Below are positions 1 to 10,959 of a stretch of DNA of 64,000 nucleotides, piece after piece (within the stretch, counting starts at the first letter, position 1; the number at the start of each line of letters is the position of its first letter). The stretch is from assembly GCA_965242965.1 (NCBI GenBank), contig OZ251518.1, positions 5,280,001 through 5,344,000 on the forward strand, written 5' to 3'. Under the pieces are notes generated by a model. That model saw nothing but the letters and a program-made list of their open reading frames with translations. It was not told where the DNA came from and searched no databases. A program made the translations under genes and the position numbers. The stretch comes from Candidatus Poribacteria bacterium. GTDB taxonomy: Bacteria > Poribacteria > WGA-4E > WGA-3G.

Positions 1-92
1 TGCGCGTGTGGCATCCGAGGGCCCTCGCCCTACGGTGAAGGGGGCGTTTTTTATCCTAGCGCGGTTTGCTACGTTTCACCGTAGCGCGGGGG
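1..92. repeat. Partial GTAG-REP mosaic at window edge
   Basis: ggcatccgagggccctcgccctac and gtagcgcggggg modules match those in the other intergenic arrays. Confidence 0.8.
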
Positions 93-112
93 ATAGATTC
101 TGATGCACCAAC

Positions 113-213
113 ACCCCGTGGCCTGCCACAACCGCGCAGGCGCACCAGAACCCTAATCCTGTGAAATCCTGCGAAATCTTGAAAATCTTGCTCAATCTTG
201 TAAATCCTGCTAA
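113..213. repeat. AATCCTG/AATCTTG short-period repeat with conserved flanking segment
   Basis: aatcctgtgaaatcctgcgaaatcttgaaaatcttgctcaatcttgtaaatcctgct; 113-158 is a near reverse complement of 14549-14594. Confidence 0.8.
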
Positions 214-228
214 AAAATGAAAATTTAT

Positions 229-257
229 TTGCAATTGTCCGATTTTTGTGTTAAAAT
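229..257 (+). promoter_or_regulatory. Sigma70-type promoter of glyA
   Basis: TTGCAA-17 bp-TAAAAT with TG extension. Confidence 0.6.
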
Positions 258-291
258 TCTTTTTTTACGAATGCACACACGGGGAATTTAA

Positions 292-1563
292 ATGAATAAA
301 TTGTTATCCGAAGTCGACCCACATATTGTTAAGATTACCGAGAGGGAGCTCGCACGCCAACAAAACGCGCTCATGCTCATCCCTTCGGAAAATTATGCGA
401 GTCGCGCCGTAATGGAAATACAGGGTAGCATCCTCGCAAACAAATACGCCGAAGGCTACCCCGGCGAACGCTACTATAACGGCTGCGAATTCATGGACGA
501 AGCTGAATCCCTCGCCATTGAACGCGCGAAGGCACTTTTTGACGTTGAACATGTAAACGTTCAGCCGCACGCCGGCACACAGGCGAACATGGCGGTTTAT
601 TACGCCTTGCTGGAACCCGGTGACACGATTTTGTCGATGTCGCTCAGTCACGGTGGACACCTGAGTCACGGCGACGCGGTTAATTTTTCTGGACGTTACT
701 ACAACGTTGTAACCTACGGCGTGAATGCCGAAACAGAACAGATTGACATGGACGAGGTATCACGCCTCGCACAGGAACATCAGCCGAAACTGATTGTCGT
801 CGGTGCGACAGCGTATCCTCGCCAATTTGATTTCGCCGAGTGGCGGGAAGTTGCGGATTCAGTCGGTGCCTATCTGCTTGCGGACATCGCGCATATCGCC
901 GGGCTTATCGCCGGTGGCGTGCATCCGAGTCCTGTGCCTTACAGCGATGTTGTCACGACGACAACGCATAAGACGCTGCGCGGCCCGCGGGGTGCCATCG
1001 TGATGTGCAAGGGAGAGCATGCCGCAAAAATCGACCGGGCGGTGTTCCCCGGTTTGCAAGGCGGGCCCTTTCTGCACACCATCGCCGCGAAGGCGGTAGC
1101 GTTCAAGGAAGCGAGTGAACCGGCGTTCAAAGCGTATCAGGCGCAGATTGTCAAAAACGCGAAGGCACTCGCCGCGCGGTTGATACAAAACGGGTTTCGA
1201 CTCGTGAGCGGCGGGACGGAAAACCACCTCATGCTTGTCGATCTGACTTCCAAATACGAAAAATTAAGCGGGCGACAAGCCGCCGATCATCTCGAAGATG
1301 CCGGGATTATCGTGAATAAAAACAGCATTCCTTTCGACAAAAGGAAACCCCGGACGACGAGCGGTATCCGTCTCGGCACACCGATGGTGACGACGCGCGG
1401 GATGGAAGAGGCGCAGATGCACCAGATCGCCGATTTCATCGCCGAAACGCTGGAAAACCGGCAGAAAGCCGCCATCAAACGGCGCATCCGCGAGAAAGTA
1501 GCGGAATTGTGCGCGCAGTTCCCGATATATGCCTACATGTCGGCACCAAGATTGTCAGAATAG
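292..1563 (+). CDS. glyA: Serine hydroxymethyltransferase
   Basis: LIPSENY, YAEGYPG, GGHLSHG and [15 protein letters not shown] motifs. Confidence 0.98.
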   Translation: MNKLLSEVDPHIVKITERELARQQNALMLIPSENYASRAVMEIQGSILANKYAEGYPGERYYNGCEFMDEAESLAIERAKALFDVEHVNVQPHAGTQANMAVYYALLEPGDTILSMSLSHGGHLSHGDAVNFSGRYYNVVTYGVNAETEQIDMDEVSRLAQEHQPKLIVVGATAYPRQFDFAEWREVADSVGAYLLADIAHIAGLIAGGVHPSPVPYSDVVTTTTHKTLRGPRGAIVMCKGEHAAKIDRAVFPGLQGGPFLHTIAAKAVAFKEASEPAFKAYQAQIVKNAKALAARLIQNGFRLVSGGTENHLMLVDLTSKYEKLSGRQAADHLEDAGIIVNKNSIPFDKRKPRTTSGIRLGTPMVTTRGMEEAQMHQIADFIAETLENRQKAAIKRRIREKVAELCAQFPIYAYMSAPRLSE

Positions 1564-2885
1564 TGGATTACAACGCAGCTATCGCCTACATCACCGAATT
1601 TATTGACTACGAACGAAGTCCTGACTTTTCTCGGCAGGCGCGGTCTTACAATCTCAACCGTATCTCGCGTCTATTGGCACTGCTAGGAAATCCGCAGGAA
1701 CGGCTGCGCGTTGTCCATGTCGCGGGAAGCAAGGGCAAGGGCTCAACGGCGGCACTTATCTCGTCGATTCTCAGCCACGCAGGCTATAAGACTGGGTTAT
1801 TTACCTCGCCGCATCTGATAACGCCGCGGGAACGGTGCCGCATCGACGGTGAGCTCATTTCAGAAGCAGACGTTGCACTGTGCATCGAGAAAATGAGAAC
1901 GGCGATTGACGAGGTGTCGCGTCTGGAATTCGGGCGCGTCTCCTTCTTTGAAATCTACACCGCGCTCGCTTTTTGCTACTTTGCCGATAAAGCGACGGAC
2001 TTCGCTGTCGTTGAGGTAGGATTAGGCGGACGGCTCGATGCAACGAACGTGGTGAATCCTGTCGCAACCGTCATCACGCCAATTGGTTTAGAGCACACGG
2101 CCATCCTCGGTGAAACGCACGCCGCCATCGCCGCGGAGAAGGCGGAGATTATTAAGCCCGGGTGTCCCCTCGCTTTGGCACCGCAGGTGCCGGAGGCACA
2201 GGCAGTTTTCGAGAGGGTTGCGGCGGAACGGAACGCGCCAATTGTTGCCGCGAAAGTAAGCAACGAGATGTGTCGCGCGCGCGGACAAAGCGCGCCTACT
2301 GAACCGCTGGGACAACACTTTGACGTGGAGGACTACCCGGGGCTTTTTATGCCGCTTCTGGGGGAACATCAGCGCGTTAACGCCGCAACTGCCATCGCGG
2401 GGATTGAGTGCCTCACTCAGCGCGGGTATGCTATTCCATGTGAAAGCGTCTATCAAGGCATCGCGCAGGTGGAGTGGCCCGGACGGATGCAGGTGATTCA
2501 GGGTGCGCCGATTGTGCTACTTGATGGCGCGCATTCGCCGGAAGCGATGCAGCTTTTGTGCCGAGAGATACGCCGAAACTTCCGTTACAACCGACTGGTT
2601 TTCGTTGTCAGTCTCATGCGGGACAAGGCAGTGAAGGCGGTTGGCGAGATAGTCTGTCAAGAGGCGGATGCTGTGATTGTCACGGAGGTATCCGATAACC
2701 CGCGGGTGATGCCCGCGCACGACATCCAACGTGCATGGCAAGCAATGTGTCAAGAGGTTACTGTCTCTCCAACGCCGAAGGAGGCACTGAAAACGGCATT
2801 GGCCTTGGCATCGTCAGAAGACCTGGTTTGCGTTACCGGTTCGCTCTATCTCGTCGGCGAGGTTTTGCATGTTACACGCAATTAA
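1563..2885 (+). CDS. folC: Folylpolyglutamate/dihydrofolate synthase
   Basis: HVAGSKGKGS, TSPHL, EVGLGGRLDATN, LDGAH, GSLYLVG; GTG start overlaps the glyA stop. Confidence 0.95.
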   Translation: MDYNAAIAYITEFIDYERSPDFSRQARSYNLNRISRLLALLGNPQERLRVVHVAGSKGKGSTAALISSILSHAGYKTGLFTSPHLITPRERCRIDGELISEADVALCIEKMRTAIDEVSRLEFGRVSFFEIYTALAFCYFADKATDFAVVEVGLGGRLDATNVVNPVATVITPIGLEHTAILGETHAAIAAEKAEIIKPGCPLALAPQVPEAQAVFERVAAERNAPIVAAKVSNEMCRARGQSAPTEPLGQHFDVEDYPGLFMPLLGEHQRVNAATAIAGIECLTQRGYAIPCESVYQGIAQVEWPGRMQVIQGAPIVLLDGAHSPEAMQLLCREIRRNFRYNRLVFVVSLMRDKAVKAVGEIVCQEADAVIVTEVSDNPRVMPAHDIQRAWQAMCQEVTVSPTPKEALKTALALASSEDLVCVTGSLYLVGEVLHVTRN

Positions 2886-2958
2886 TCGTAAAAATCCATA
2901 GGAGCATCTCCTAGCACCTTGAAAATGTGAAGGTTTCCAAAGAAAAGCGTCCTTTTCC

Positions 2959-2987
2959 TTGACAAAGCGAACAGTTTGTGGTAGACT
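2959..2987 (+). promoter_or_regulatory. Sigma70-type promoter upstream of tnpB
   Basis: TTGACA-17 bp-TAGACT with TG extension. Confidence 0.75.
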
Positions 2988-2989
2988 AG

Positions 2990-3075
2990 GTGTTACCGTG
3001 TGGCAGGCTGTGTTCAACACTGACATCCTGTCAGCGTCAGCCTCCGCCTTTTGAACGAGGTAGACACGGAAACAT
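2990..3075 (+). ncRNA. Structured pseudoknotted 5' leader RNA of tnpB
   Basis: P1 2990-3001/3064-3075, P2 3002-3010/3038-3045, P3 3020-3025/3029-3034, P4 3046-3050/3057-3061, pseudoknot GTTCAA/TTGAAC; same fold at 22853-22942. Confidence 0.65.
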
Positions 3076-3078
3076 ACG

Positions 3079-4191
3079 GTGAACACGATGACACACAAAA
3101 CACATAACATTGCACTGCGCCCGAACGCGGAGCAAGAACAAGCCTTCCGCCAGCACGCAGGGTATCGCCGCTTCGTCTATAACTATGCGCTATCTGCTTT
3201 CAAAGCAGGTCTGGCCGCCGGCGAATGGCGAAGTGGCCGTGCGATTCGCACGGGATTCAATGCCAGAAAAGACACCGAGTTTGAATGGCAGCAGCCGTTA
3301 ATCGCCCGCGTGGCATCGCATGCGTTTGACGATTTTAATACGGCGTGCCAGCGGTGGAAACACAACCTTGCAAAGTTCCCGCGCTACAAACGACGGAACG
3401 GGAAACAGTCGTTTCGCATTGATAACGCCCGGGATTCGGTGAAGTTCAAGGGTAAACGGATTAAACTTCCGAAGATTGGCTGGGTGCGAACGTTTGAGAC
3501 GTTAAGGTTCAAAGGCGACATCATGCGAGTCGTCATCAAAAAGCGAGGCCACCGTTGGTTTGCATCACTACTTATCGACACCGAAACACCTGTCAGGTTT
3601 CCGGATACCTGCGGAAACCTGCCTACCGTAGGTATTGATGTAGGTATCAACAGTCTCGCCACGTTGAGTGATGGCCGCGTCTTTGAAAATCCCCGTGCGT
3701 TCCGGCGGTATGAACGCAAGCTTGCGCGCCTGCAACGGAGTCTGTCCCGTTCGGTTTACCTGAGCAATAACTGGTATCGGAAGAAGGCGAAGGTGACTCG
3801 GTTGCATTATCGTATCTCATGTCTTCGTGAAGATGCACATCACAAAGCAACGTCAGCCATCGTGCAGGGCGTTTCTGCGATAGGCATTGAGACACTGCAG
3901 GTGACGCACCTATTGAAAAATCGGCGCATTGCAAAGGCATTGCAAGATGCTGCACTGGGTGGATTTCTATACAAGTTGGTATCCAAAGCGACTGCACTCG
4001 GTATTGACGTAGTGAAGGCAGATAGATTCTTCGCCTCCTCAAAAACCTGCAGTGCTTGTGGAAACGTGAAGGAAGACTTAACCCTCGCAGATAGGAGTTA
4101 CCACTGCGAAACTTGCGGCGTGACTGTGGATAGAGACGTGAACGCCGCAATGAACTTAAAGCCTGTCGCCGCTGGTTTGACGGAGACGTAA
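3079..4191 (+). CDS. tnpB: RNA-guided endonuclease TnpB (IS607/IS200-IS605 family), no tnpA nearby
   Basis: N-terminal HTH_OrfB-like segment; RuvC residues GIDVG, GIETL, DRDVNAA; Zn ribbon CSACG..CETCG. Confidence 0.95.
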   Translation: MNTMTHKTHNIALRPNAEQEQAFRQHAGYRRFVYNYALSAFKAGLAAGEWRSGRAIRTGFNARKDTEFEWQQPLIARVASHAFDDFNTACQRWKHNLAKFPRYKRRNGKQSFRIDNARDSVKFKGKRIKLPKIGWVRTFETLRFKGDIMRVVIKKRGHRWFASLLIDTETPVRFPDTCGNLPTVGIDVGINSLATLSDGRVFENPRAFRRYERKLARLQRSLSRSVYLSNNWYRKKAKVTRLHYRISCLREDAHHKATSAIVQGVSAIGIETLQVTHLLKNRRIAKALQDAALGGFLYKLVSKATALGIDVVKADRFFASSKTCSACGNVKEDLTLADRSYHCETCGVTVDRDVNAAMNLKPVAAGLTET

Positions 4192-4299
4192 AACGCCTGT
4201 GGACACCGTGTCAGACTCGGGTTGCCGAGCAATGGTGGGTGAAGCAGGAATTGAGTAACCTGCGGGAATCTTCGGAAACCTGCGGAGAAAAAGGAACAG
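4160..4299 (+). ncRNA. Putative omegaRNA scaffold / element right end of tnpB
   Basis: ACGCCTGTGGA...GTGAAGCAGGAA block typical of tnpB 3' ends, ctcgg/ccgag hairpin, repeated aacctgcgg; boundaries approximate. Confidence 0.55.
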
Positions 4300-4305
4300 A
4301 AAATA

Positions 4306-6662
4306 ATGCTTGAAATCAACGCTAAAAGTGCAAAGCGTGGGAGTCGGCTTCTGTGCACGCTGATAGTTCCGTTTCTTGGGCTCAGCGCGGTTGAGTCGGC
4401 TTTTGCCCAGACAACCGTGCTGCCCACCGTGCCGGCGGCATGGTGGATCGCGCCTGTCGGCTCCCTGATCGCTTTAGGGTTCGCACTCTATTTTTACCGT
4501 GCTGTCATGAAACAAGATGAAGGCAACTCTACCATGCGTGCCATCGCGCAATCTGTCCGCGAGGGTGCGATGGCATACCTCAGACAACAGTATAAAGTCG
4601 TCGGCATCGTCTTCGTTGTGCTATGCGTCATTTTTCTGTTTATGGCGTTTGTCTTGAAGGCACAAAACCAGGTTATCCCCTTTGCCTTCCTCACCGGTGG
4701 GTTCTTCTCTGGGCTCTGCGGTTTTCTCGGCATGAAGACAGCGACGAACGCCTCCGCACGCACGACAAGCGCGGCGATGCAAGGACTCAACGCCGGCCTG
4801 AAGGTATCCTTCCGGGCAGGCGCGGTGATGGGACTCGTCGTCGTCGGCTTCGCACTGCTTGACATCACTGGATGGTTTCTCATCCTCTATTACGTGTTTC
4901 CGAAGGTATTCCCCGGATTTCTGGCGGAGAACCCGCTGCCGGAGATAACGGTGATAATGTTGAGTTTCGGGATGGGCGCATCAACGCAAGCACTCTTCGC
5001 ACGCGTTGGCGGCGGCATTTATACAAAAGCGGCGGATGTCGGCGCAGACTTAGTTGGAAAAGTCGAGGCTGGTATTCCAGAAGATGACCCGAGGAACCCT
5101 GCCGTTATCGCCGATAACGTCGGTGATAACGTCGGCGATGTCGCGGGATGGGGGCAGACCTTTATGAATCTTACGCCGGCTCCATTCTCGCGACAGCCGC
5201 CCTCGGTGTCGCTGCCGTCGCGGCGAAGGAACACGATAACCTCGCGCTCCAACTCAAATACCTCTCTGCACCGATGATGATCGCCGGCGTTGGTGTGCTC
5301 CTCTCAATCCTCGGCATCTACATGGTGCGCACAAAAGAGGGGGCATCAATGAAGGATTTGATGGGCTCGCTCAACTTCGGGATTAACGGGAGTGCAATCG
5401 GCATCGCGCTTTTGTCCATTCCGGTGGTGCTTTACTTGGATTTGCCCAACAAGTGGCAGATCTGGGGGGCGATTGTCACCGGCCTTGTAGCGGGACTCAT
5501 CATCGGAAAGGTCACGGAAGTCTTCACCTCACACGATTATTCGCCGACGCGCGCCATCGCGAAACAAGCGGAAACCGGACCCGCCACGGTGATTATTGAG
5601 GGAATTGCGGTAGGCATGGAATCCACTGCTATTCCTGTCTTGACGATTATCGGCGCGGTGGCGGTGAGTTACTATCTCCCCGGCGGTGCAAGCGAGCCGC
5701 TGATGGGACTTTACGGTGTTGGTATCGCCGCCGTTGGAATGCTGGCGACGTTGGGCATCACTCTCGCAACGGATGCCTACGGCCCCATCGCGGACAACGC
5801 CGGTGGCAACGCCGAAATGTCGGAATTAGAAGAGAGCGTCCGGCAGCGCACAGATCAGCTCGATGCACTCGGCAACACAACTGCCGCGACAGGCAAGGGA
5901 TTTGCCATCGGTTCGGCGGCACTCACCGCGCTCGCGCTCTTGGCTGCTTATCTGGAGGAGGTGCGATACGGCTTGAAACACCTCGCCGGCATGGAGACGT
6001 TGGTCATCCCCGGCGAAGGAAGCATTGATACCTTGAAGGTGACGATTAGCCAGTTTATGGCATACTACAACGTCACGCTGATGAATCCGCAAGTGCTCAT
6101 CGGGCTGTTTATCGGCGCGGTGATGGCGTTTTATTTCTGTGCGCTTACCATGAAGGCTGTCGGACGCGCGGCAGGTTCGATGGTAGAAGAGGTGCGCCGT
6201 CAATTTCGCGAGAATCCCGGTATCATGAAGCGCGAACAGCAGCCGGATTACGCGCGATGCGTTGAGATTTCGACTGTCGGGGCGCAACGGGAGATGATTT
6301 TTCCTTCCCTCATCGCCATTATTGTCCCTGTCGCTGTCGGCTTAATTTTCAACGTCGCCGGTGTGTTGGGGCTCCTCGCCGGCGGGTTGGCAAGCGGTTT
6401 TGTGCTGGCAATCATGATGGCGAACGCGGGCGGTGCGTGGGATAACGCCAAAAAGTTCATTGAGCAAGGCGCGCACGGCGGCAAAAACTCCGAGGAACAC
6501 AAAGCCACCGTCGTCGGTGATACCGTCGGAGACCCGTTCAAAGACACCTCCGGTCCCTCGCTGAATATCTTGATTAAACTGATGTCGATGGTTTCCGTAG
6601 TGTTTGCCGGCCTCATCGCCAAATATGGTGGTGTGTTTAGTACGTGGTTGGGCATCCAATAA
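4306..6662 (+). pseudogene. hppA: Membrane-bound K+-dependent pyrophosphatase, split by a 1-nt frameshift at ~5146 (probably an assembly error)
   Basis: [36 protein letters not shown]; DVAG and MGADL lie in different frames at gcgggatg. Confidence 0.9.
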
Positions 6663-6677
6663 ATGGAAGGATTGCAC

Positions 6678-7193
6678 GTGAGATTTACACACTTCATCGC
6701 AGGAATCTTGAGTCTGATACTCTGCTGCCTCCTCGGATGCGAGCGTGATGGTGGAAAACTCGTTTCCATTTCTTCTGATGCTGCACCGGTTGCAGTTGAA
6801 AATTGGGGCACCGTCGTCATCGCCGATAAAGCCGATAACTGGGGCACCGATGATTATGTCCTGAACGCCGCCACGATAGTCGGCGATACGCTGACGCTCA
6901 ACGTATCTTACAGCGGCGGGTGTAAACGCCACGACTTTACACTCGTCGCCGCGCAGGAGTTCATGGAATCAGACCCGGTGCAACTTCGCGTCACTCTCGC
7001 GCACGACGCGAACAACGATGCGTGCGAAGCGTATCCGACCGAGGATTATCACTTTGATCTGGGGGAAATTAAGACGCTCTATCAAGAGGCTTACCGGCAG
7101 AAGGCAGGCACCATTGTCTTACGACTTGCGGGCGCGCCGGATGGCAAATTGTCTATGAATGGACGATGTGAATTGTCATTCTTCCCTTCGTAG
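6678..7193 (+). CDS. Hypothetical lipoprotein
   Basis: GTG start, hydrophobic signal ending LLGC; YSGGC...DACEA motif. Confidence 0.7.
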   Translation: MRFTHFIAGILSLILCCLLGCERDGGKLVSISSDAAPVAVENWGTVVIADKADNWGTDDYVLNAATIVGDTLTLNVSYSGGCKRHDFTLVAAQEFMESDPVQLRVTLAHDANNDACEAYPTEDYHFDLGEIKTLYQEAYRQKAGTIVLRLAGAPDGKLSMNGRCELSFFPS

Positions 7194-7217
7194 GTGCGGG
7201 TTGAAACCGCGCCTACT
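7190..7217. repeat. Single GTAG palindrome (REP-like)
   Basis: gtaggtgcgggttgaaaccgcgcctac. Confidence 0.7.
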
Positions 7218-7258
7218 GGGCATGCCATATCTTTCTGAGGAATTCGTAGGAGAACAAA

Positions 7259-8938
7259 ATGTCAAATCAACTCAAACCCCGAAGTTATGCGATTACCGAT
7301 GGCCCAGACCGCGCCGCCGCCCGAACCATGCTGATGTTCGGGGACGGCGGCTTGTCTCCCGAAGACCTGGATAAACCCATCATCGGGGTTGCGAACACGT
7401 GGATCGAAATCGGTCCGTGCAATTTTCATCTTCGGAGGCTCGCGGCGAAAGTCAAAGAAGGCATTCGCGCCGCAGGCGGCACCCCGCTTGAATTCAACAC
7501 TGTCAGCATCTCCGATGGAATTACGATGGGGACAGAGGGGATGAAAACCTCGCTTATTAGCCGCGAAGTCGTCGCCGATTCCATTGAACTCGTTTCGCTT
7601 GGGAACATGTTTGATGCCGTTGTCGCGCTTTGTGGTTGCGATAAGACAGTGCCGGGCACCGTCATGGCACTCGCGCGGTTGGATATCCCATCGCTCACCC
7701 TTTACGGTGGCTCCATCATGCCCGGCCATTTTCAAGGACGCGATGTCACTATCCAAGACGTATTTGAGGCAGTCGGCCAACACGCCGAAGGCACGATAAC
7801 GGTTGAAGAACTCGATGATCTGATTAGCAAAGGGTGCCCGGGTCCCGGTGCCTGTGGGGGACAATTCACCGCCAATACGATGGCGACAGCCGTTGAAATA
7901 CTCGGCATCGCACCGATGGGGAGCGGCAGCGTGCCAGCTGCTGTCAATGAGAAGGACCAGGTTGCATACGAGGCGGGACAATTAGTCATGGATATGTTAG
8001 CCGCCGATCGCCGGCCGAGCCAGATTATCACCCGTAAATCGCTGGAAAATGCGATTACCTCTGTCGCCGCGACAGGCGGTTCTACCAACGGCATTTTGCA
8101 TCTCCTTGCTATTGCGCACGAAGCACAGATTCCACTAACGCTTGAGGATTTTCACGCCATCAGCCAAAGAACACCTGTGCTGGCAGATCTGAAACCGGGT
8201 GGGCAATTTGTCGCCACGGATCTCTATCGCGCCGGCGGCATTCCGTTGCTTGCGAAACGTCTAGCCGAAGCCGGGTTGCTCCACACCGATGAACTCACCG
8301 TCACTGGCAAGACTGTCGGCGATGAAGCGAGTCAGGCTATTGAAACTGAAAACCAGAAAGTGGTGCTGCCGGTAGACAAACCGCTCAAACCGACTGGGGG
8401 ATTTGCCATCCTCAGGGGGAATCTCGCGCCGGATGGCTGTGTGATCAAATTGGCGGGACAAGACAAGACGTTGCACCGCGGTCCCGTGCGTATCTTTGAA
8501 CGCGAAGAGGACACTTTCGCGGCGATTAAAGGCGGGAGAATTAAGCCTGGTGATGTGGTGGCTATCCGTTATGAAGGACCCACCGGCGGACCTGGGATGC
8601 GTGAGATGTTGGGTGTAACGGCGGCAATCGTCGGCGCGGGGCTAAGCGAAGATGTCGCGCTATTGACTGATGGCAGATTCTCTGGTGCAACGCACGGGTT
8701 CATGATCTGCCACGTTGCACCAGAGGCCGCGAAAGGCGGTCCCGTCGCTATCCTTGAAGAGGGAGATACCGTTGTGATTGATGCGGTGAATCGTCGGTTG
8801 GACGTTGAACTTTCCGATGCCGAAATTCAGGCGCGTCTGGAGAAGTGGAATCCGCCGCAACCGCGTTATACCCGCGGTGTCATGGCAAAATACGCGAATG
8901 CTGTCTCTTCTGCTTCAGAGGGCGCGGTGACAGGGTAG
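7259..8938 (+). CDS. ilvD: Dihydroxy-acid dehydratase
   Basis: [39 protein letters not shown]. Confidence 0.97.
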   Translation: MSNQLKPRSYAITDGPDRAAARTMLMFGDGGLSPEDLDKPIIGVANTWIEIGPCNFHLRRLAAKVKEGIRAAGGTPLEFNTVSISDGITMGTEGMKTSLISREVVADSIELVSLGNMFDAVVALCGCDKTVPGTVMALARLDIPSLTLYGGSIMPGHFQGRDVTIQDVFEAVGQHAEGTITVEELDDLISKGCPGPGACGGQFTANTMATAVEILGIAPMGSGSVPAAVNEKDQVAYEAGQLVMDMLAADRRPSQIITRKSLENAITSVAATGGSTNGILHLLAIAHEAQIPLTLEDFHAISQRTPVLADLKPGGQFVATDLYRAGGIPLLAKRLAEAGLLHTDELTVTGKTVGDEASQAIETENQKVVLPVDKPLKPTGGFAILRGNLAPDGCVIKLAGQDKTLHRGPVRIFEREEDTFAAIKGGRIKPGDVVAIRYEGPTGGPGMREMLGVTAAIVGAGLSEDVALLTDGRFSGATHGFMICHVAPEAAKGGPVAILEEGDTVVIDAVNRRLDVELSDAEIQARLEKWNPPQPRYTRGVMAKYANAVSSASEGAVTG

Positions 8939-9009
8939 GTGAGCGGCACCATGAAAGTCGGGGAAAGTCGGGGAAATTCAAGTTTTTTACGACACCTGCA
9001 CCGCACTAA

Positions 9010-9520
9010 TCGTAGCGCGGGGGCCCTCGGATGCCATACGCGCATCCGAGCGGGTTTCCCCCGCGATCGTCAAATTGCGCGGACGATTCGCCCCCATCTG
9101 TAGTTCGGGAGCACCCGCTCCCGAAAGGGTCAGGATCAGGCGATCTTGACCTACAGAAGGAGAGAAGAGAGGATCTGGTGCATGAACGATGGCGAGGGCC
9201 TGTCCCTCGCCCTACGGTGAAGGGGAGGCGGCCTTGGCAACCGTAGCGCGAGGGCCTGTCCCTCGCGATCGTCATTGTTACGATGCGTCTCTAGGTCCTT
9301 TAGGACCTAAATGTCTATAGAAAAACGTATCGGCCTGTTTTCAAGGTCCGTAGGACCTTAATAAAAAACCACGCGCCGCAATCAAAACACATTAAGGACC
9401 TAAAGGACCTTAGATCTCTTCGCGTATCGGGCTGCTATAGACATTAAGGACCTAAAGGACCTTAAAGACGTTTTTTCCTAGCACGAGCATTGGCGAGGGA
9501 CAGGCCCTCGCCCTTCAGGT
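9010..9520. repeat. GTAG-REP mosaic without recognisable terminal inverted repeats
   Basis: Same palindromic modules as the TIR-bounded copies. Confidence 0.85.
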
Positions 9521-9537
9521 AAATGACGAGTTGAAAA

Positions 9538-10956
9538 ATGGATGCGATAACACAGGCACACTACAACCTCGGCACCGCTTATCTGAACGAGAAGCAGTAT
9601 ACCGAAGCGATTGCCGCGTTCCAAAAGGCGATAGCCCTTGATGTCGATTTTGCGGAAGCACACGGGCAGCTTGGGCTCGCCTATTTTGAATTGGACAGGT
9701 TTGACGAAGCCGGCGCGGAGGCAAAGGAGGCTATCCGGTTAAATCCGAATTATCAGCCCGCACTCAAAATCTTAGACGAACTCAAGCAGGAGCATTACGA
9801 CAGTGGAATCGCTTTCCTCACTGAAGAGGAATACGAAAGCGCGCTCGCGGCTTTCAAAGCAGCGATAGAAATTGACTCGGGTTTTATTGAGGCACACCAC
9901 GCGCAGGGCCTCGCATATCTAGGAATAGGCAAACTAGATATGGCCAAACAGATGGCTGAGGCGGCGTTAAGGCTTGATGCAAACTACGAACCGGCGCAAA
10001 CCCTTCTGAACGCAATAAAGCCGCCACCGGTGCCGCCGAGGCCAACTGCTTCTACGGAAGACCCGAGTGTCAACGCGGGGCAAACCTCATCTCCGGAAAC
10101 AAGCGTGCAAACGCCGATTACCGAACCCATCGTAGTGCAAACGCCGATGCCGGAGACGCATCCGTTAGTTGTCGCGTTGCAGCCAGAGGAACCGGACGCG
10201 CAACCGTCGCCGTCGGAAAAAGAGAAGCACTATGAGCAAGGCATCGCTTTTTTAAATAATGGCCAGTATGACCTGGCTATTGCGGCGTTCAAAAGTGCGA
10301 AAAACCTTGACGCGAACTATCGGGATGCCCACTATGGACTCGGGCTTGCCTACTTCAGAGTCGGCGCGTTAGACGTATCAGAAGTGGCGACGCGGGAAGC
10401 ACTCCGGCTCGATGCTAGTTTTTTGCCCGCGCACCAACTACTAGATACAATTGATGCCCAAGATGCACAGGCGAGAAAGCGGCGACTTTGGCGGAGAGTC
10501 GCGATGGCAATCGGTGTCGTCGGGATAGCACTCATCGCCTTCGCGGCATTCCGGTTAGGGCTTCTAGACTCGTGGCTGAATCCCGAGCCGCCGAAACTGT
10601 CCATCACCAAAGTCGCCTTAAGTGAACACTCCGGAGACGGTTTCCTCCATGCAGGCGAAAGTGGGAGAATTCTCATCACCGTTCAGAATAGCGGTGGCGA
10701 TGTGAGAAACGTTCAACTGAAACTGGACCCGGGCTTCCGTGCCGGTTTGCGTTATCAACCAGTGTTGACTCTTCCGCGATTGGCAGGAGACGATACGCAG
10801 ACGCTCACCATTCCTATCGCCGCCGAAAGTGGCATTCAGGCGCAGACTGTGAGAATGAACATTGACGTGATTGACAAGAACGGGATGCCGCTTGCATCCA
10901 AACCCTTTTCTTTCAAAACGCAATCTGTGCCGCTCTCACCGCAGCGGGTTCGATAA
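9538..10956 (+). CDS. TPR-repeat membrane protein with C-terminal Ig/CARDB-like domain
   Basis: Three HY..G.A.L TPR blocks, Pro-rich linker, one TM helix, beta-rich tail. Confidence 0.85.
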   Translation: MDAITQAHYNLGTAYLNEKQYTEAIAAFQKAIALDVDFAEAHGQLGLAYFELDRFDEAGAEAKEAIRLNPNYQPALKILDELKQEHYDSGIAFLTEEEYESALAAFKAAIEIDSGFIEAHHAQGLAYLGIGKLDMAKQMAEAALRLDANYEPAQTLLNAIKPPPVPPRPTASTEDPSVNAGQTSSPETSVQTPITEPIVVQTPMPETHPLVVALQPEEPDAQPSPSEKEKHYEQGIAFLNNGQYDLAIAAFKSAKNLDANYRDAHYGLGLAYFRVGALDVSEVATREALRLDASFLPAHQLLDTIDAQDAQARKRRLWRRVAMAIGVVGIALIAFAAFRLGLLDSWLNPEPPKLSITKVALSEHSGDGFLHAGESGRILITVQNSGGDVRNVQLKLDPGFRAGLRYQPVLTLPRLAGDDTQTLTIPIAAESGIQAQTVRMNIDVIDKNGMPLASKPFSFKTQSVPLSPQRVR

Positions 10957-10959
10957 ACT

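Noticed and set aside
8950-8978. Short duplication gaaagtcggg x2 after ilvD
   Set aside because: Too short and isolated to support a function
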